Source: Rhynchobatus australiae (taxonomy: Eukaryota). Taken from it: a stretch of 64,000 nucleotides of DNA. The notes beneath the pieces are model-generated. The model was not told the origin of the DNA, made no database searches, and saw only the letters and a list, made by a program, of their open reading frames with translations. Shown piece after piece: positions 49,755-62,952 of this stretch. The DNA lies in NCBI GenBank assembly GCA_034780895.1, contig JAUZTB010000011.1:20060894-20124893 (forward strand), read 5' to 3'. Every line of letters starts with the position of its first letter. Within the stretch, counting starts at the first letter, position 1. The position numbers were made by a program, and so were the translations under genes.

Positions 49755-50036
49755 AAGTTACTGGACTAGTAACTGGAGGCTGAAATAGTGATCTGGAGAC
49801 AGGAGTTCAAATCTCTCTGTTCAAGTAATTAAGAAATATGAAGTAAAATGTTGGTCTGAGTAATGTGATCATGATCTCCTGGATCTGGTCCACTAATATC
49901 CTCCTTGAATCTGCCATCATTATTCAGTCTGGTTCACTTGTGTCTCCAGATCCACTAATGTGATTGACTTTAACTCCCTAATCTGTTCTGAGAAAATTAG
50001 GGAATCCTGGCAGTGTCAATGAAGACCTTTTGAATG
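49755..50036 (+). mobile_element. tRNA-derived SINE with CR1-like tail
   Basis: gttactggactagtaa..gagttcaaatc..ctggtccactaatatcc..atctgccatc. Confidence 0.6.
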
Positions 50037-50861
50037 TATCTCATAACTTCTGATAGTCAACCATTGCAATTTTTGTAAATGATAGAATGTCTGTTTCACT
50101 GCAATATAAATCAGTCAGAATGATTTCACGACTTTAATTTGTGGAAGATCGTAATTCTGATGGTGCAGGCTGAAGGTGAAAAGTGATAANNNNNNNNNNN
50201 NNNNNNNNNNNNNNNNNNNNNNNNNNNNNNNNNNNNNNNNNNNNNNNNNNNNNNNNNNNNNNNNNNNNNNNNNNNNNNNNNNNNNNNNNNNNNNNNNNNN
50301 NNNNNNNNNNNNNNNNNNNNNNNNNNNNNNNNNNNNNNNNNNNNNNNNNNNNNNNNNNNNNNNNNNNNNNNNNNNNNNNNNNNNNNNNNNNNNNNNNNNN
50401 NNNNNNNNNNNNNNNNNNNNNNNNNNNNNNNNNNNNNNNNNNNNNNNNNNNNNNNNNNNNNNNNNNNNNNNNNNNNNNNNNNNNNNNNNNNNNNNNNNNN
50501 NNNNNNNNNNNNNNNNNNNNNNNNNNNNNNNNNNNNNNNNNNNNNNNNNNNNNNNNNNNNNNNNNNNNNNNNNNNNNNNNNNNNNNNNNNNNNNNNNNNN
50601 NNNNNNNNNNNNNNNNNNNNNNNNNNNNNNNNNNNNNNNNNNNNNNNNNNNNNNNNNNNNNNNNNNNNNNNNNNNNNNNNNNNNNNNNNNNNNNNNNNNN
50701 NNNNNNNNNNNNNNNNNNNNNNNNNNNNNNNNNNNNNNNNNNNNNNNNNNNNNNNNNNNNNNNNNNNNNNNNNNNNNNNNNNNNNNNNNNNNNNNNNNNN
50801 NNNNNNNNNNNNNNNNNNNNNNNNNNNNNNNNNNNNNNNNNNNNNNNNNNNNNNNNNNNNN

Positions 50862-51880
50862 AGTGGACAGTAAAGAAGGTTATCTAAGATTACAATAGGG
50901 TCTGGATTGACTGGGGAAGTGGACCAAGGAATGGTAGATAGAATTCAACTCTAAGTGGGAGGTGTTGTATTTTGGTCAGCTAAACCAGGTCAAGACTTGC
51001 ACAGTAAATGGTAGGACCCTGGAGAGTGTTGTAGAACAGGGAGACCTAGGGGTACAGATACATAGTTCCCTAAAAGTAGAGACACAGGTAGACAGAGTGG
51101 TGAAGAAGGAGCTTGTTGCACTTTGTCAATTAGGGCATTGACTACTGGAGTTGGGCCATCATATTACAACTGTATAAGTTGTTGATGAGACCACACTTGG
51201 AGTATTGTGCGGTTCTGGTCATTAAGCTAAAAGGGATCCAGAAAAAATGAAGATGTTAGCAGAACTGTAAGGCTTGAGTTGTAAGGGGAGGCTGGATAGA
51301 CAGGGACTTTTTCTTTTCCCTGGACTATAGGAGGTTGAAGGGTGAACCTTTGAGGCATATAAAATCATGAGGGGTGTAGATAAGGTGGATGGTTAGTCTT
51401 TTATCCCCAGGCTAGGGAATCTAAAAGTAGAAGGCACAGATCTCAGGTGAGAGGAGAAAGATTTAAAAGGGACCTGAGGGGTAACTGTTTCATGCAGAGT
51501 GTGGTTGGTGTATTGGTTTATTGGAGGTATTGGTGGNNNNNNNNNNNNNNNNNNNNNNNNNNNNNNNNNNNNNNNNNNNNNNNNNNNNNNNNNNNNNNNN
51601 NNNNNNNNNNNNNNNNNNNNNNNNNNNNNNNNNNNNTGTTTCATGCAGAGTGTGGTTGGTGTATTGGTTTATTGGAGGTATTGGTGGTATATGGCATGAG
51701 CTGCTGGAGGACGCTATAGAAATGGATGCACAATGTTTAAAAGACATTTGGACAGGTACATGGATAGAAAAGGCCTAGATGGATATGGGCCTAATGCAGG
51801 CAAATGGGATTAACTCGGGTAGACATCTTAGCATGGACCAGATGGGCTGAGGGGCCTGTTTCCATTGCCATACAACTCTT
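50862..51880 (+). mobile_element. CR1 LINE RT C-terminus + 3'UTR
   Basis: VDSKEGYLRLQ, gaccacacttggagtattgtg, RGERFKRDLRGNCF, and tail gggcctgtttcca. Confidence 0.9.
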
Positions 51881-51884
51881 ATTT

Positions 51885-52075
51885 CAGAAGGCCTCATTTG
51901 AGAACATATGGTGGAGACAGAGAAATTGAGAAAAAGGATGGCCTCTTTGCAGGAGACAGTATGAAAGGATGTGTAGTCAGGGTAGCTGCTGGAGTCAGTG
52001 GATTCATAGAAGATCTCAGTTGCAAGTCTGTCTCCTGAGATGGAGACAGATCCAGGAAATGAAGTGTCCCGAATA
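51885..52075 (-). pseudogene. Penelope-like RT fragment
   Basis: Frame-shifted FLD, then SVSISGDRLATEIFYESTDSSSYPDYTSFHTVSCKEAI, matching the PLE RT C-terminal motif. Confidence 0.8.
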
Positions 52076-53184
52076 GAACACTGGAAGCACTCACTTGGAC
52101 TCTTTTTTTGTTCTCCCAGCAGATTCATTTTCTCATTCTTGATTTATTTGACCAGTTAAATGGTGCGGTATTGCAATATTCTACCATCTATAGCTATGCA
52201 CCTTTACAATCCAAACAAATATTACAAATGGCAGCAGTATGTTTTCACCTACCCCTGGGGGTCAAGACAAGAACAATTAAACTACAAGTAATCCTTTAAA
52301 TAACTCAGGATGTATCATTTTGGTAGAATTCCTTTAATGTGGGTTGCTGAATCGAGAGGCCAGTGATGATATTCCCTTCTTGGATAATACTTTATTTGCA
52401 GCCTTGGTGGTCTTTGCAGCAATTTCTTTCTTAGTAACTCCCTTGATCACTCTGCAACTCTGAAATACTGACAATTGTAAGTGAATGGTCAATTCAGATT
52501 ATAAAGAACATATTGTTCATCAGGTGGGATGCCAAGGGTCGACAAGCCTTGTGGTTTCCTGAATCATTATTGCCTTGGATGTTTGGAAAGGAACAACCAG
52601 AACTTTTCTGAATTAGTTCAGGTTTTGTTTTATTTTTTTTAACCACCCAAAGAAGATATATCTACTGATTCTTTCCCATCCTTTCATTTACAAAGGAAAT
52701 TTCTGTCAGAAAACGCAGGAGTTTCCTGAAAATGGTAGGCTAGGAATTGCTAACCCAATCTCCATCCACAGTGTGGACAGAAGCTCATCATCTGACTTAC
52801 CTGAGTTAAGCTTTCATGCTTGATTGAGTTCTATATCATGTACTGCATCATACCTATACTTAACCCTGCCTGCATACCAATTATAGTGCTCCTATCATTA
52901 CTCTCTGGGTGGACTGTATATAATGGTAGGTTAGTGTTTTGGCATGGATGATTTTGATCACCTATCACGAACACTTGTGAGCTTTCCAGCAGTAATCAGG
53001 TGTCCTGACTAATCTCTTCTTGGATTAGGCACCCTGAAGCCAAATATAGCATTTCTGCAAGGCAAATGCAAAGATTGACCAAATCAACACACAATAGGAA
53101 TCAAATCTCTCATCTCCCTGGCCTGTGCAACACCTTGTGATGCAGTGAGCCTTTAGATTTAACTGTATAATATGCAAAACAACA

Positions 53185-54090
53185 AATTTGAATTCATAGA
53201 GCACCTTTACCATAGTAAAACATTCCAAGAAGTGTTACAAAACAAAATTTGACACTGACCCAGATAAAGAGGTGGTAGGGAGGATGACCAAAGACATAGA
53301 TGATAATGGGTGTCTTAAAGGATGCGGACAGGTGAATGGGTTTAGGGAGGGAGCTAGCTGCTCAAGATGTGGTTACAAACAATGGTAAATTAAAATTGGA
53401 CTGCTCAAGAGGTCGAATTGGAAACATGTGCACATCCTGGATGGTTATCAAGCTGGAACAGATTACCGAAATAGGGAGAGTTGGGGCCAGAGAAGGGAAG
53501 TACAGCAGGCAGATGATATTTTAACAAATTGCATTGATGACCAATAATAAATTTCTACTCCAGGTTTCCAAAATGTAATGAAAGGAAATTTTTGCTGATC
53601 CAGTGGTGGGTGTCGGGCAGATTTCTGCTATAGTTATTCAATGCTCCGCTTTTGGACTTAACAGACCAGAAGTGAGGGTTGAACCAGTGACAAAAGAGCA
53701 TGAGATGGTGGTTTAATGGAGAATGGGGTGAATTGAGGGACAAAGGTTTGACTGTTGTGATTTTGAAAGTAAATTTGGTAATGAATTGAGTATTTCCCAA
53801 GATCAAACAAAGAAGCAAGCAGGAAGGGGAAGAGGAAAGAGCAGTGGGGGTGGGGGGCATGAATGAAGAGTAATAAAAGGTAATTATTTTTATTCATTGT
53901 GATCTGGTTGTTGCTGAAAAGGTCAACAGTTATTGCCCTTGAAATGGTGACTGAACCACTGAAGTCTGTCAGGGGAAGGTGTTTCAAAGTGTGTGTTTCC
54001 TTTTTAAGTTTGTGGATAGTTCTGAGCATGATCAGCATCTTGGGTGTGGCAACAAAGGAAGTAGCCATTGTTAAAATTATGTCCAGCAAT
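53185..54090 (-). mobile_element. Old L2-like LINE 3' portion
   Basis: L2-type end agcacctttaccatagtaaaacattccaag..caaaatttgacactga..gatgaccaaa, followed by G-rich antisense ORF2. Confidence 0.6.
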
Positions 54091-54523
54091 GAGTCTGTAT
54101 AATTAATTACGTATGTAGGGGCTAACAGCTGAGGTGTATAGTTCCCTCAGAAGATTTGTTTCTTAAGCCATTGACCTTATTCTATTTCTTGTACTGCTCA
54201 GAGGTTAAAAGAATCCTGTTTCTTTTATTTTGTAAGCTTCATTCAGTATTGGCTTTTCTGCCAACTTTGTCCTTTCCTGCTAAGTTATTTGACCAGTGTG
54301 TCAGGCATCTTTGACTGGATTGATCTTGCTATAATGTTTGTTGATGAACTTCCACATGTCTATGCCATGCTTCATTCGAATTAAGCTCAGTGGTAAATCC
54401 ACTATAAAATCCTTTTATTTCTACGCTACACAAAACTGTAGCTTGCTTTTTTTTTACAGGTTAGAAACAAAACTATAGTCTGTAAGTCCGTGGAATTAAT
54501 CGCAATGCCACAACTGATTTATC

Positions 54524-54743
54524 AGTAGTGTAGCGGTTAGCGTAATGCTACTAAAGCGCTAGCGACCTGGGTTCAATTCCTGCTGCTGTCTGTAAGGAGT
54601 TTGTATGTTCTCCCCACGTCTGCATGGGTTTCCTCTGGGTGCTCTGGTTTCCTCCCACATTCCAAAGATGTACAGGTTAGGAAGTTGTGGGCGTGCTATT
54701 TTGGTGCCAGAACTGTGGCGACACTTGTGGGCTGCCCCCAGAA
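54524..54743 (+). mobile_element. V-domain SINE (same family as 40849), truncated by an N gap
   Basis: gtagtgtagcggttagcgtaatgct..gggttcaattcctgctgctgtctgtaaggagtttgta. Confidence 0.88.
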
Positions 54744-55004
54744 NNNNNNNNNNNNNNNNNNNNNNNNNNNNNNNNNNNNNNNNNNNNNNNNNNNNNNNNN
54801 NNNNNNNNNNNNNNNNNNNNNNNNNNNNNNNNNNNNNNNNNNNNNNNNNNNNNNNNNNNNNNNNNNNNNNNNNNNNNNNNNNNNNNNNNNNNNNNNNNNN
54901 NNNNNNNNNNNNNNNNNNNNNNNNNNCAGCTGATCTTGTTGTTCCCATTGAACGTTCATAAATATCTAACTGACAATGTGGAAAATTTTCTTTGTGACCA
55001 GTAA

Positions 55005-55185
55005 TCATCTAGACAAGGACCAATCCAATCTGGCCGATACCAACCAATCAGTCTGCTCTTGAATATCAGCAAAGTAATGGAAGCTGTCATTGACATTACT
55101 GTCAAGTGGTGCTTACTAATCGGTAACCTACTCATCAATGCTCAGTAGGGGTTTTGACAAAACCATTTGGCTCCTGAACTCATGA
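55005..55185 (+). mobile_element. CR1-like (second clade) RT fragment
   Basis: aatccaatctggccgatac..atcagtctgctcttgaatatcagcaaagtaatggaag, homologous to 39690-39790. Confidence 0.7.
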
Positions 55186-56184
55186 AGTAGATCACCTCTA
55201 CAAAATAATATGCTCTACCTAAACTCCAGAATACTGCAGGAATTGCACTGGGTCTGCCAGAATGTCATTAAGTTTGAGACTGGGTTTCTGTTGGGCTTCT
55301 AATGGAGTTACAGGAGAAGAAATGTTAAAGAAGTGCAATTTCTTTTGATACATAGAGAGTGATGTATTGCCAGGTGGTCTTGATGGATGGAAGGTGCAGG
55401 TAATCTGGTTATTTGCTTTATTTGCAGCTATATCTCGGCTCTGTGAGAGGTGAGTTCTGGGTTGCCNNNNNNNNNNTCTGTCTATGTAATAACAGTGAAT
55501 GCAATGTAACAGTAACCTATTGGCTGTAAAATTTTGTTGAGCAAATAAGTGCAAGTTCTTCCTGTTTTTAACACTTATGAATATTGAGACAATAATGGTG
55601 TTGGGCCTAAGTCTCAAATGAAGGGATGGTGCCGTTGGAGAAAAACATAGTAAGCTAATCCTCAGCACTCATCCCCTTGTATCTCAGGGTTATCTATATT
55701 GGTTTGGGTAATGAAAACTTGTAAGGATTTGGCTCCATAATTTCAGTCTAATAGTCCATATGAACTGATGGACACTAAGGTACATATTTCACTCACTCTA
55801 TTGCTTACATCTTGTGCCAGGCAGGAAATAACTATTCATTATTCCCAAATCTCATGTCTCTCCCCCACCCCCCAAATATTTTTTATGTATAAAGAAAACA
55901 CTAGTTCCTAATTTTCACTTGGAGTCCATTACAAATTAGAAATGCAATGCAGTATTTCACCAGAACCCACCATAGAGGTCACCTGATTTGGCCTACAGTG
56001 AAAGGTTTGGACTGCCTGAATTGTGTATTCACTAGGTAAGAAAGATATGGCTACCTTCTGCATAAATATTGGACTAAAAGCACTGCCTGTATGTGACTGT
56101 GAACACCAAATGAAACAATCAGCTGCCGTCATCCTCAAATTTTGGTAACATTTATGCAGTAATACCCAACCCTGTCAAATGGCG

Positions 56185-56345
56185 ATCATAGAATGATACA
56201 GCACACTATGATCATAGTCATACAGCACACATAGACCCTTCATGCCTTTGCTAACCATTGAGTATCCATCTGTACTAATCCTTTTTTATCTGAACATGGT
56301 CTATAGCCTACTATGCCTTGGCAATTCAAGTGCTCATCCAGCTGT
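56185..56345 (-). mobile_element. CR1 3' tail
   Basis: gccttggcaattcaagtgctcatccag, shared with ~34125. Confidence 0.65.
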
Positions 56346-59300
56346 TTCAATATCAGTCCTTGATCTGGACTCTAATCTGCCATGCTAACACTGAGCTGGT
56401 ATACATGGAGTACAAGTATAGGCTAGAGAGACCATTCAAACTATCTTAACTCTTTCATTCAGAAAGATAATCTTCCCCACGGGGAATTCATTTCATAAAT
56501 GTATAAGGAGTTTTCCTCTTGTACCTTACCCAGAAATCTGAAACGCATGTCAGTTATTCTTTGTGTGAAGTTTTCTAATCTAAGGCCTAAAATTGCCTCA
56601 ACTGGTTTGAATGTGTGGTATTGTCATGGCTTAGTTATTTAATTATTGTGTATTTTTAGCTGAAGCAGGAAGGAAAGCTCCAAGTGTGGTCCAGTGATTA
56701 AGGGGTGGAAATCGGTTTGGCAGACTGTTGTCTACGACTTACAATACCATAACCACAATGGTTAAAAATTTCTGATTGAAATGGATGCGCCTAAAAAGAT
56801 GTTCACATAATTCGGGAAGAACAAAAATCCAACTGGATCTGCCTTTCCTAGGGATGTTAAATTTTTTTTCTGGTTTTCTTCCTTTCTTTCCTTTTGCTTT
56901 CTGCTTCCTTTTCTCCAGCTCTTTCTGATTCTCCTATTCGGTCTTTCTTTTGATGTTTTCAATTGGATGGGAACTGCTGGGTAGTATGATGCAAAAATTT
57001 TCCAGACTGATCTTGCGCTGGAAGTGTAGGAAATCAACAGTTCCCAGCATTGCCTTTCCCATGCCCTCTCTCAGCCAGTCATGATTTCCTGCATGCCTCA
57101 ACTCCCATTACACTCCCCAGCTCTCTACCCTCTGCTCTCTCCTCTAATTACCAGCACATTCTCACTCCCACTTACTCTTGCCCTTCAAGTTATCTGATCA
57201 TGTACTTTCCCTTTTGTTACTCACCTCTAATTTGACCTTAAACCTTCATCCACTTTCCCTTTCTCTTACCCACCTCTTCCAAGAGTAGTTGGCAGCTCCC
57301 AGTGGCCACTCTCGCCCTCTTTCCTTTTGGCCTCTCCTTTCTCTTCCATCAGCTTTGTCTGCTTTCTAAATTCAAGTTGCTTTTTATGATAAAAGATAAA
57401 TTTAGAATGAAGAAATAAATCTGCTCTGGTCTGAATACATGCCTTTCTTTATTTCTCGTTCATGCTGCTTCATTATTTTTCCTCTTCCTTTGTTCCCCTC
57501 TGTCTCAAGCTTTAACAATTAGGATATCTTGGTGTGAAAGTTAATTCGGCCTGTTTCTTGAGGAAAATGTAAGCTGTGGCTGCATACCCATAAACAACAG
57601 CTGAAATAAGATATCTGGTCTAGGCTCCATTAAACCATCAATATGCATGTGCTAATCAGGCATGCTGGGGATGTCAGTCAGGAAGTGGGTATGTAGTTTG
57701 TCATAGGAACTGTTCAAAACTCTCCCTTGTAAGTGCTTTAAAGACTGCATTTGGTTGCTGAAATTCAAGATGGGTAGAATTTGACAAAGACTTACAATTT
57801 CTTTCACTCTTTGTCCTTCCAACTGCCTTCCTTTGTTAGTGCAATGTAGTTTCTTTACAATACAAAACAAAATCATAAGATTAATCAAAATAGTAGCATT
57901 GTGGTTAGGTTCTTGGACTGGACTGGTATCCAGAGCCTATGGCTGGTGGACAGAGGAGCTGTTTCTGTGCTGTATCAACGACTGAGTCTCTCACTCTAGA
58001 ACAATGATGCGTAATTGGAATTATAACAATGGCTGAGAAAGAATCTCCATAGATTGTGCTTCACAATTAGAAAAATATTGAGTGCTTGTTACATTTTCTG
58101 CTGTACAGCTATGTTGATGCAGGAAATTACATAGACTGGGCTCTTAGTGAGTCAGAAGAGCCCAATGACATTTTAACCAGGGCCTGGGTTGGCAACCAGC
58201 CTTGGGTTTCCAGACATGCAGTTAAAAGAAGCCCTGCTTCCTGCACCAAGTAGAAGGAAGAGGAATTTAACTAAAGAATTCCAAATAGGTAGGAAAGATT
58301 GGGTGCATCAAATGCTTATCCACAGCCACATCTCATTTGTATTACATTCCTAACTCAAAACATTCACCTATAGCATGAGTTTAAGATGCATTCTTTCATA
58401 CAAGAGGGAGTCTGTTGTCAACTTGTGTTTGGAGGTTCATCTTGTATAGAGAACATCCTATCTTATGGCAGTGCTGGAACTGTAGAAATTCGCAGCAGGG
58501 AACTGTGGCCCATTGAATGGCTTTGCTTTCTCTCCACTGTGTCGCTCTGAACCTGTCTGATATTGTGTCGTGCCTACTCAAAATGGACATCTGTGCTGAG
58601 TGCAAATACTGCAGAAGGTAGTAGTGACAATTGCAATACTGCTTGGGGTGGTGGGGATGGAAACGTGCAGCTTCAGCTCTGTCTGCCGAAGGCATGACAT
58701 CATGTGGGCAACATACTGCAGCATTTTGGCAGCAAGGAGATCCTAAAGCTGATCAATGCAAGGTTGCAGTAACTTGGAAGAGGTTCAGCATTGCTTTAAC
58801 TTGGCTTTGCTCTCTGTAGACCCATTTGTAGTGTCATTAATGAATGAGACTGGAAGGTTCTGTGGCCCGTCGACATCAGTCTGACATACAATAAACAGCA
58901 ATTTATTTAGGGGTCAGGGAATGGAGAATGATGTTGGCTGGAATGTGTTTCCTAATCTTTATAAATATAACTCGTTTGAGGGCTTGTGGTGAAAACTTAG
59001 CCAAAGATCTGTATAAATATGGCATTTGCTAACTTTGTATAATGTCTTTGCCTAACTAGAAACCAAAGGTATCAAAGTCCTTTCTTACCCAGTGTCTGCA
59101 AATCTACCAAATCCCTTTATCATCTGTTCCTCTTGCTTTAATTCCCTGAATGGTTTTCCACAAGCCTGCTGTGCTTTGCAATTGGTTGCTGGATCTACTT
59201 GTGTGGATAGATGCAGTTCCTTCCCACTCTCCTTTTTTCCTGGTTATTGTTTTGCAATTTACTGTGGGGTCAAGGCATTATCTGCTCATTTTTGTTTCCT

Positions 59301-59520
59301 TGCCAATTTCTCCACCCCATGTTTCCTTTGGGTGTTTCTGGCACATTTTCAGAGTAAGGACTTGTAGATTCTAGGTACCTTCCAGTACTTATTCAATCAT
59401 ATAATTACATAATATATTAATATCTAATGCTGAATATCTTCAGCCATCTCATTCCACAACTTGTGTTTATTGAATTCCATCTCAACTCCAGGGAGCCCAA
59501 GTGGCTAATTTTCAACAGAT

Positions 59521-60252
59521 TGATAGATATCTTTATTAGTCACATGTACATCAAAACACACAGTGAAATGCATCTTTTGCATAGTGTTCTGGGGGCAGCC
59601 CAAAAATGTCACCATGCTTCTGGCGCCAACATTGGTATTGGTTTATTATTGTCACTTGTAATGAGGTACAGTGAAAAATTTGTCTTGCATATCAATCGTA
59701 CAGGTCAATTTATTACACAGTGCAGTTACATTGAGTTGGTACAGAGTGCATTGATGTAGTACAGTTAGAAACAATAACAGTACTGAGTAAAGTGTCACAA
59801 CTATAGAGAGAGTGCAGTGCAACAAGGTGCAAGGTCACAACAAGGTAGATTGTGAAGTCATAGTCCATCTCATTGTATAAGGGAACCGTTCAATAATCTT
59901 ATCACAGTGGGGTAGAAGCTGTCCTTGAGTCGGGCTCCTGTATCTCCTACCTGATGGAAGAGGAGAGAAAAGAGAATGACCCAGGTTGGTGGGGTCTTTG
60001 ATTATGAACTCCTAACCTGTACATCTTTGGAATGTGGGAGGAAACAAGNNNNNNNNNNNNNNNNNNNNNNNNNNNNNNNNNNNNNNNNNNNNNNNNNNNN
60101 NNNNNNNNNNNNNNNNNNNNNNNNNNNNNNNNNNNNNNNNNNNNNNNNACCCGGAGGAAACCTACACGCACTGGGAGAACGTACAAACTCCTTACAGACA
60201 GCAGCCAGAATTGAACCCAGGTCGTTGTTGCTGTAATAGCATTACACTACTG
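59521..60252 (-). mobile_element. V-domain SINE split by a Rex1-like insertion
   Basis: Tail gatatctttattagtcacatgtacatc at 59526; head gaattgaacccaggtcg..attacactac at ~60210-60250. Confidence 0.85.
59632..60006 (-). mobile_element. Rex1-like LINE 3' end
   Basis: ttggtattggtttattattgtcac..ggtagaagctgtccttgag..ggctcctgtatctcctacctgatgg..gggtctttgattatg. Confidence 0.8.
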
Positions 60253-60549
60253 TGTCTGGAATGGATATTTAGTCTTCACACAAATCTTTCCAGCCTGATT
60301 TATCTAACTCCCTCAGCATAAATCTTCTATTCTTTTCTCCTTTCTGGTCTTATCTAACTTTCCCAGAATGCATCAATGCTATTCATCTCAAGCCCTCAAG
60401 ATTGTACATCCCACCTTCTAATTAAGCCTTGGGTAAACATCTCATGTCATGGCCACCTAGAAAATACTGATGCTGGGCACCTATTGAGTAGACTGTAATT
60501 TCTGTCATCACCTTTGAGTTTATAGTCCCATCCCTATTCCAGCAAGAAG

Positions 60550-60780
60550 AAGAAAAAATTCTACCTATTTCAGTCCTAAATGGATGGGTTCTTCCCTTGA
60601 GACTATCCTCCCTGGTTATAGACTTCTCCACTTGGGGAAAGAACTCTCAGCATCCACACTGTCAAGCCCTCCAAAAATATATTTCAATGGGAAAGTATTC
60701 CATTCTTCCAAACTCCAAGGAGTATGGGCCAAATCTACTTAATCTTGCATCAATGGGTAATCCTTAAATCCCAGGAATGT
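60550..60780 (-). mobile_element. CR1 fragment
   Basis: Antisense peptide LKGRTHPFRTEIGRIF; ctcagcatccacactgtcaagccc. Confidence 0.7.
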
Positions 60781-62403
60781 TTTATGCTCATCCCCCATGA
60801 TCATTGGTCCATAGTCGTCCTTCTTGCCTGCCACTAGCACCCATTGCCAGAGATGATATTATCAACATTGTTCTGGTAACCTAAGCCAATAGTTCAAAAC
60901 TCACATTGAATGTGAATCTAGCCTTGTTCTGAAGCTCATCAGCATGCACTGTGAGGAAAAAGGTTTGTACAATGCAAGAATGGATGATCTTTTGAGAACC
61001 CAAAAGAACAATCCACTTGGAGATGGGTGTGGAGAAAGCCATAAACTGGTTTCACTGTGCAAAACCAGTGAGTGACATTGTTTTACATCTGAGTGGGTAT
61101 CAATAAAACAAACCTTTAATCCTATTGGTAGAAAATGTGAAAACAACCTCTGGTTTGGATAGGTTGCTATGAACCTGTTTTCTTCAATTTCAGGAAAGAC
61201 ATGAATTATGCAATGTATCAATGCATTATCCATGTTCTCTCAGATTGTAGATGAGTGAAGTAGTGCAGCAAGGTGTATGTAATTGGCAAATAAATTCTCT
61301 GTGAAATATGTAATCTCAAATTAATAGTTTAAAAGTCAAATTTGAAGAGACTTTAGTGTCCATATTGAGGTGTTATCTATCAAGCTGCCATTACTGCCCA
61401 ATGACATGGTGAAAGACTTCACACTTTTGTTTTTATATATGGTGTTCTGCAAAATCATGTTTTCAACAACAAAGCAGATGGGTACAAAAGGTCAGCTGAA
61501 GACAGACACGTACGCACTGTTTGTTTCTTCTCCCAGCATCTGTGATTCACTGCAAACCATAAATCAATGAGATACAATGGAAAACATTGCATTAAATCAA
61601 TTTAAAATAAATGAATCCATTTTGCACAAGATGTTTAGATCTTTTATTGTGCAATTTGAATTACTGAGGCAGTTGGGATCGTTAACATTCAGAGATTTGA
61701 CTGCATAGTAATGGCAGGCACAGATAAAAGGGCTATGGAACCATTCTCAAAGAATCAGGAAACTTTCAGGGAATTGTGTGAATTCCACATCTATCTGGAT
61801 GTGGTACCAGTGCTGGAGGCAGTGCAACTAGTAGTGCTCAGGGGTCAGAGTAAGCAAATAGCATGTGCATACCAAACAAAGAATTTATGAAGATGTCCTG
61901 CATAGTGGTGATACCTTTGTCTTTTGAAGTATAGCCATGGTGCAAACAAATGTGGCCCTTGGGGTGGGTCAGTCCACACCACACTCGCAGCTGACTTCAG
62001 TCCCACTGGCTACTCGACACTCCTGCTGAAGGCTCACTGTCAGTCCCCAGTTTAGTCCGGCTCCTGAAAAGGAGTGGCTGGTGACTTCAGTAGTCAGTGT
62101 GGGGTCCAGGAGGAGCAGCCTGGAGGCTGCAGATGAAGACCTGAGGTAGGACTGGACTCCACCCCCCACCTCCTCCCCCACTGTCTGCCCTGCAGTCCCC
62201 AGGACCCACTCATTGACAGAACTTTGGGTGGCCTGCAAAACCCCAGGCTGAAACAGGTACCCCATCGCTAGGCCAGGAGCCAGAGAACCAGGGACCTCAG
62301 CAGGTCCCACCTGCAGGGCTTGAGTTCTGATCCAAGTCCACATCCAACTCTAGAACCAGCTGTACTATAATGATGAGCATAGGAATGTCACCATAAATTG
62401 TGT

Positions 62404-62798
62404 GGGCATAGGTCTGACATTGTATAAGAAGGTTGTATTACTGCTGTGCACACACCTATCACTGTATAACACTGGGGCACAGTGGTTGTGGACATGTCTG
62501 TCAGTCATATATGACTGGGGTTCAGTAATAGTGGAAATGGGTAAGGTGCTATATAACACTTTAGTACATAACTGATGGGCACAAGTCTGTCACTGTAACA
62601 CTGGGGTACAGTACAGGTGGGCACAGGTCTCACTAACACTGGGATACAGTACTAGTATGCACAAGTCTGTCACTGTATAATACTGGTATAGTACAGGTGG
62701 GCACAGGTCTGTCACTGTAACACTGGGCTACAGTACAGGTGGGCACAGGTCTGTCACTAACACTGGGCTACAGTACAGGTGGGCACAGGTCTGTCACT
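62404..62798. repeat. Minisatellite, ~9.5 copies of a 38-44 bp unit
   Basis: Consensus gggcacaggtctgtcactgtaacactgggctacagtacaggt. Clear copies start at 62577, 62619, 62657, 62699, 62741 and 62781; copies upstream are degenerate. Confidence 0.92.
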
Positions 62799-62952
62799 TC
62801 TGTCTGTACGCAGGCAGAAGGAGCACAGCTGGTTGGGCAGATTTACCAAAGTGTGGGCAAGGGATGGAGCGGAGGTGTTCTTGATGATGGTCTAGCAGTG
62901 GTTGAGTGTGTTGAGTCCTCTAGTATTGTAGGTGATGTGTTGATAGTGGTTA

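Noticed and set aside
51486-51687. 51 bp direct repeat on both sides of a 100-N gap (similar short overlaps at 30748/30859 and ~48624/48733)
   Set aside because: Identical flanks around fixed-size gaps indicate unmerged contig overlaps, not biological duplications.
56762-57037. Lys/Arg-rich 91 aa ORF
   Set aside because: It is the antisense translation of a CT-rich low-complexity tract.
62404-62798. CRISPR-like periodicity
   Set aside because: There are no unique spacers because the whole unit repeats; no cas genes; eukaryotic context.
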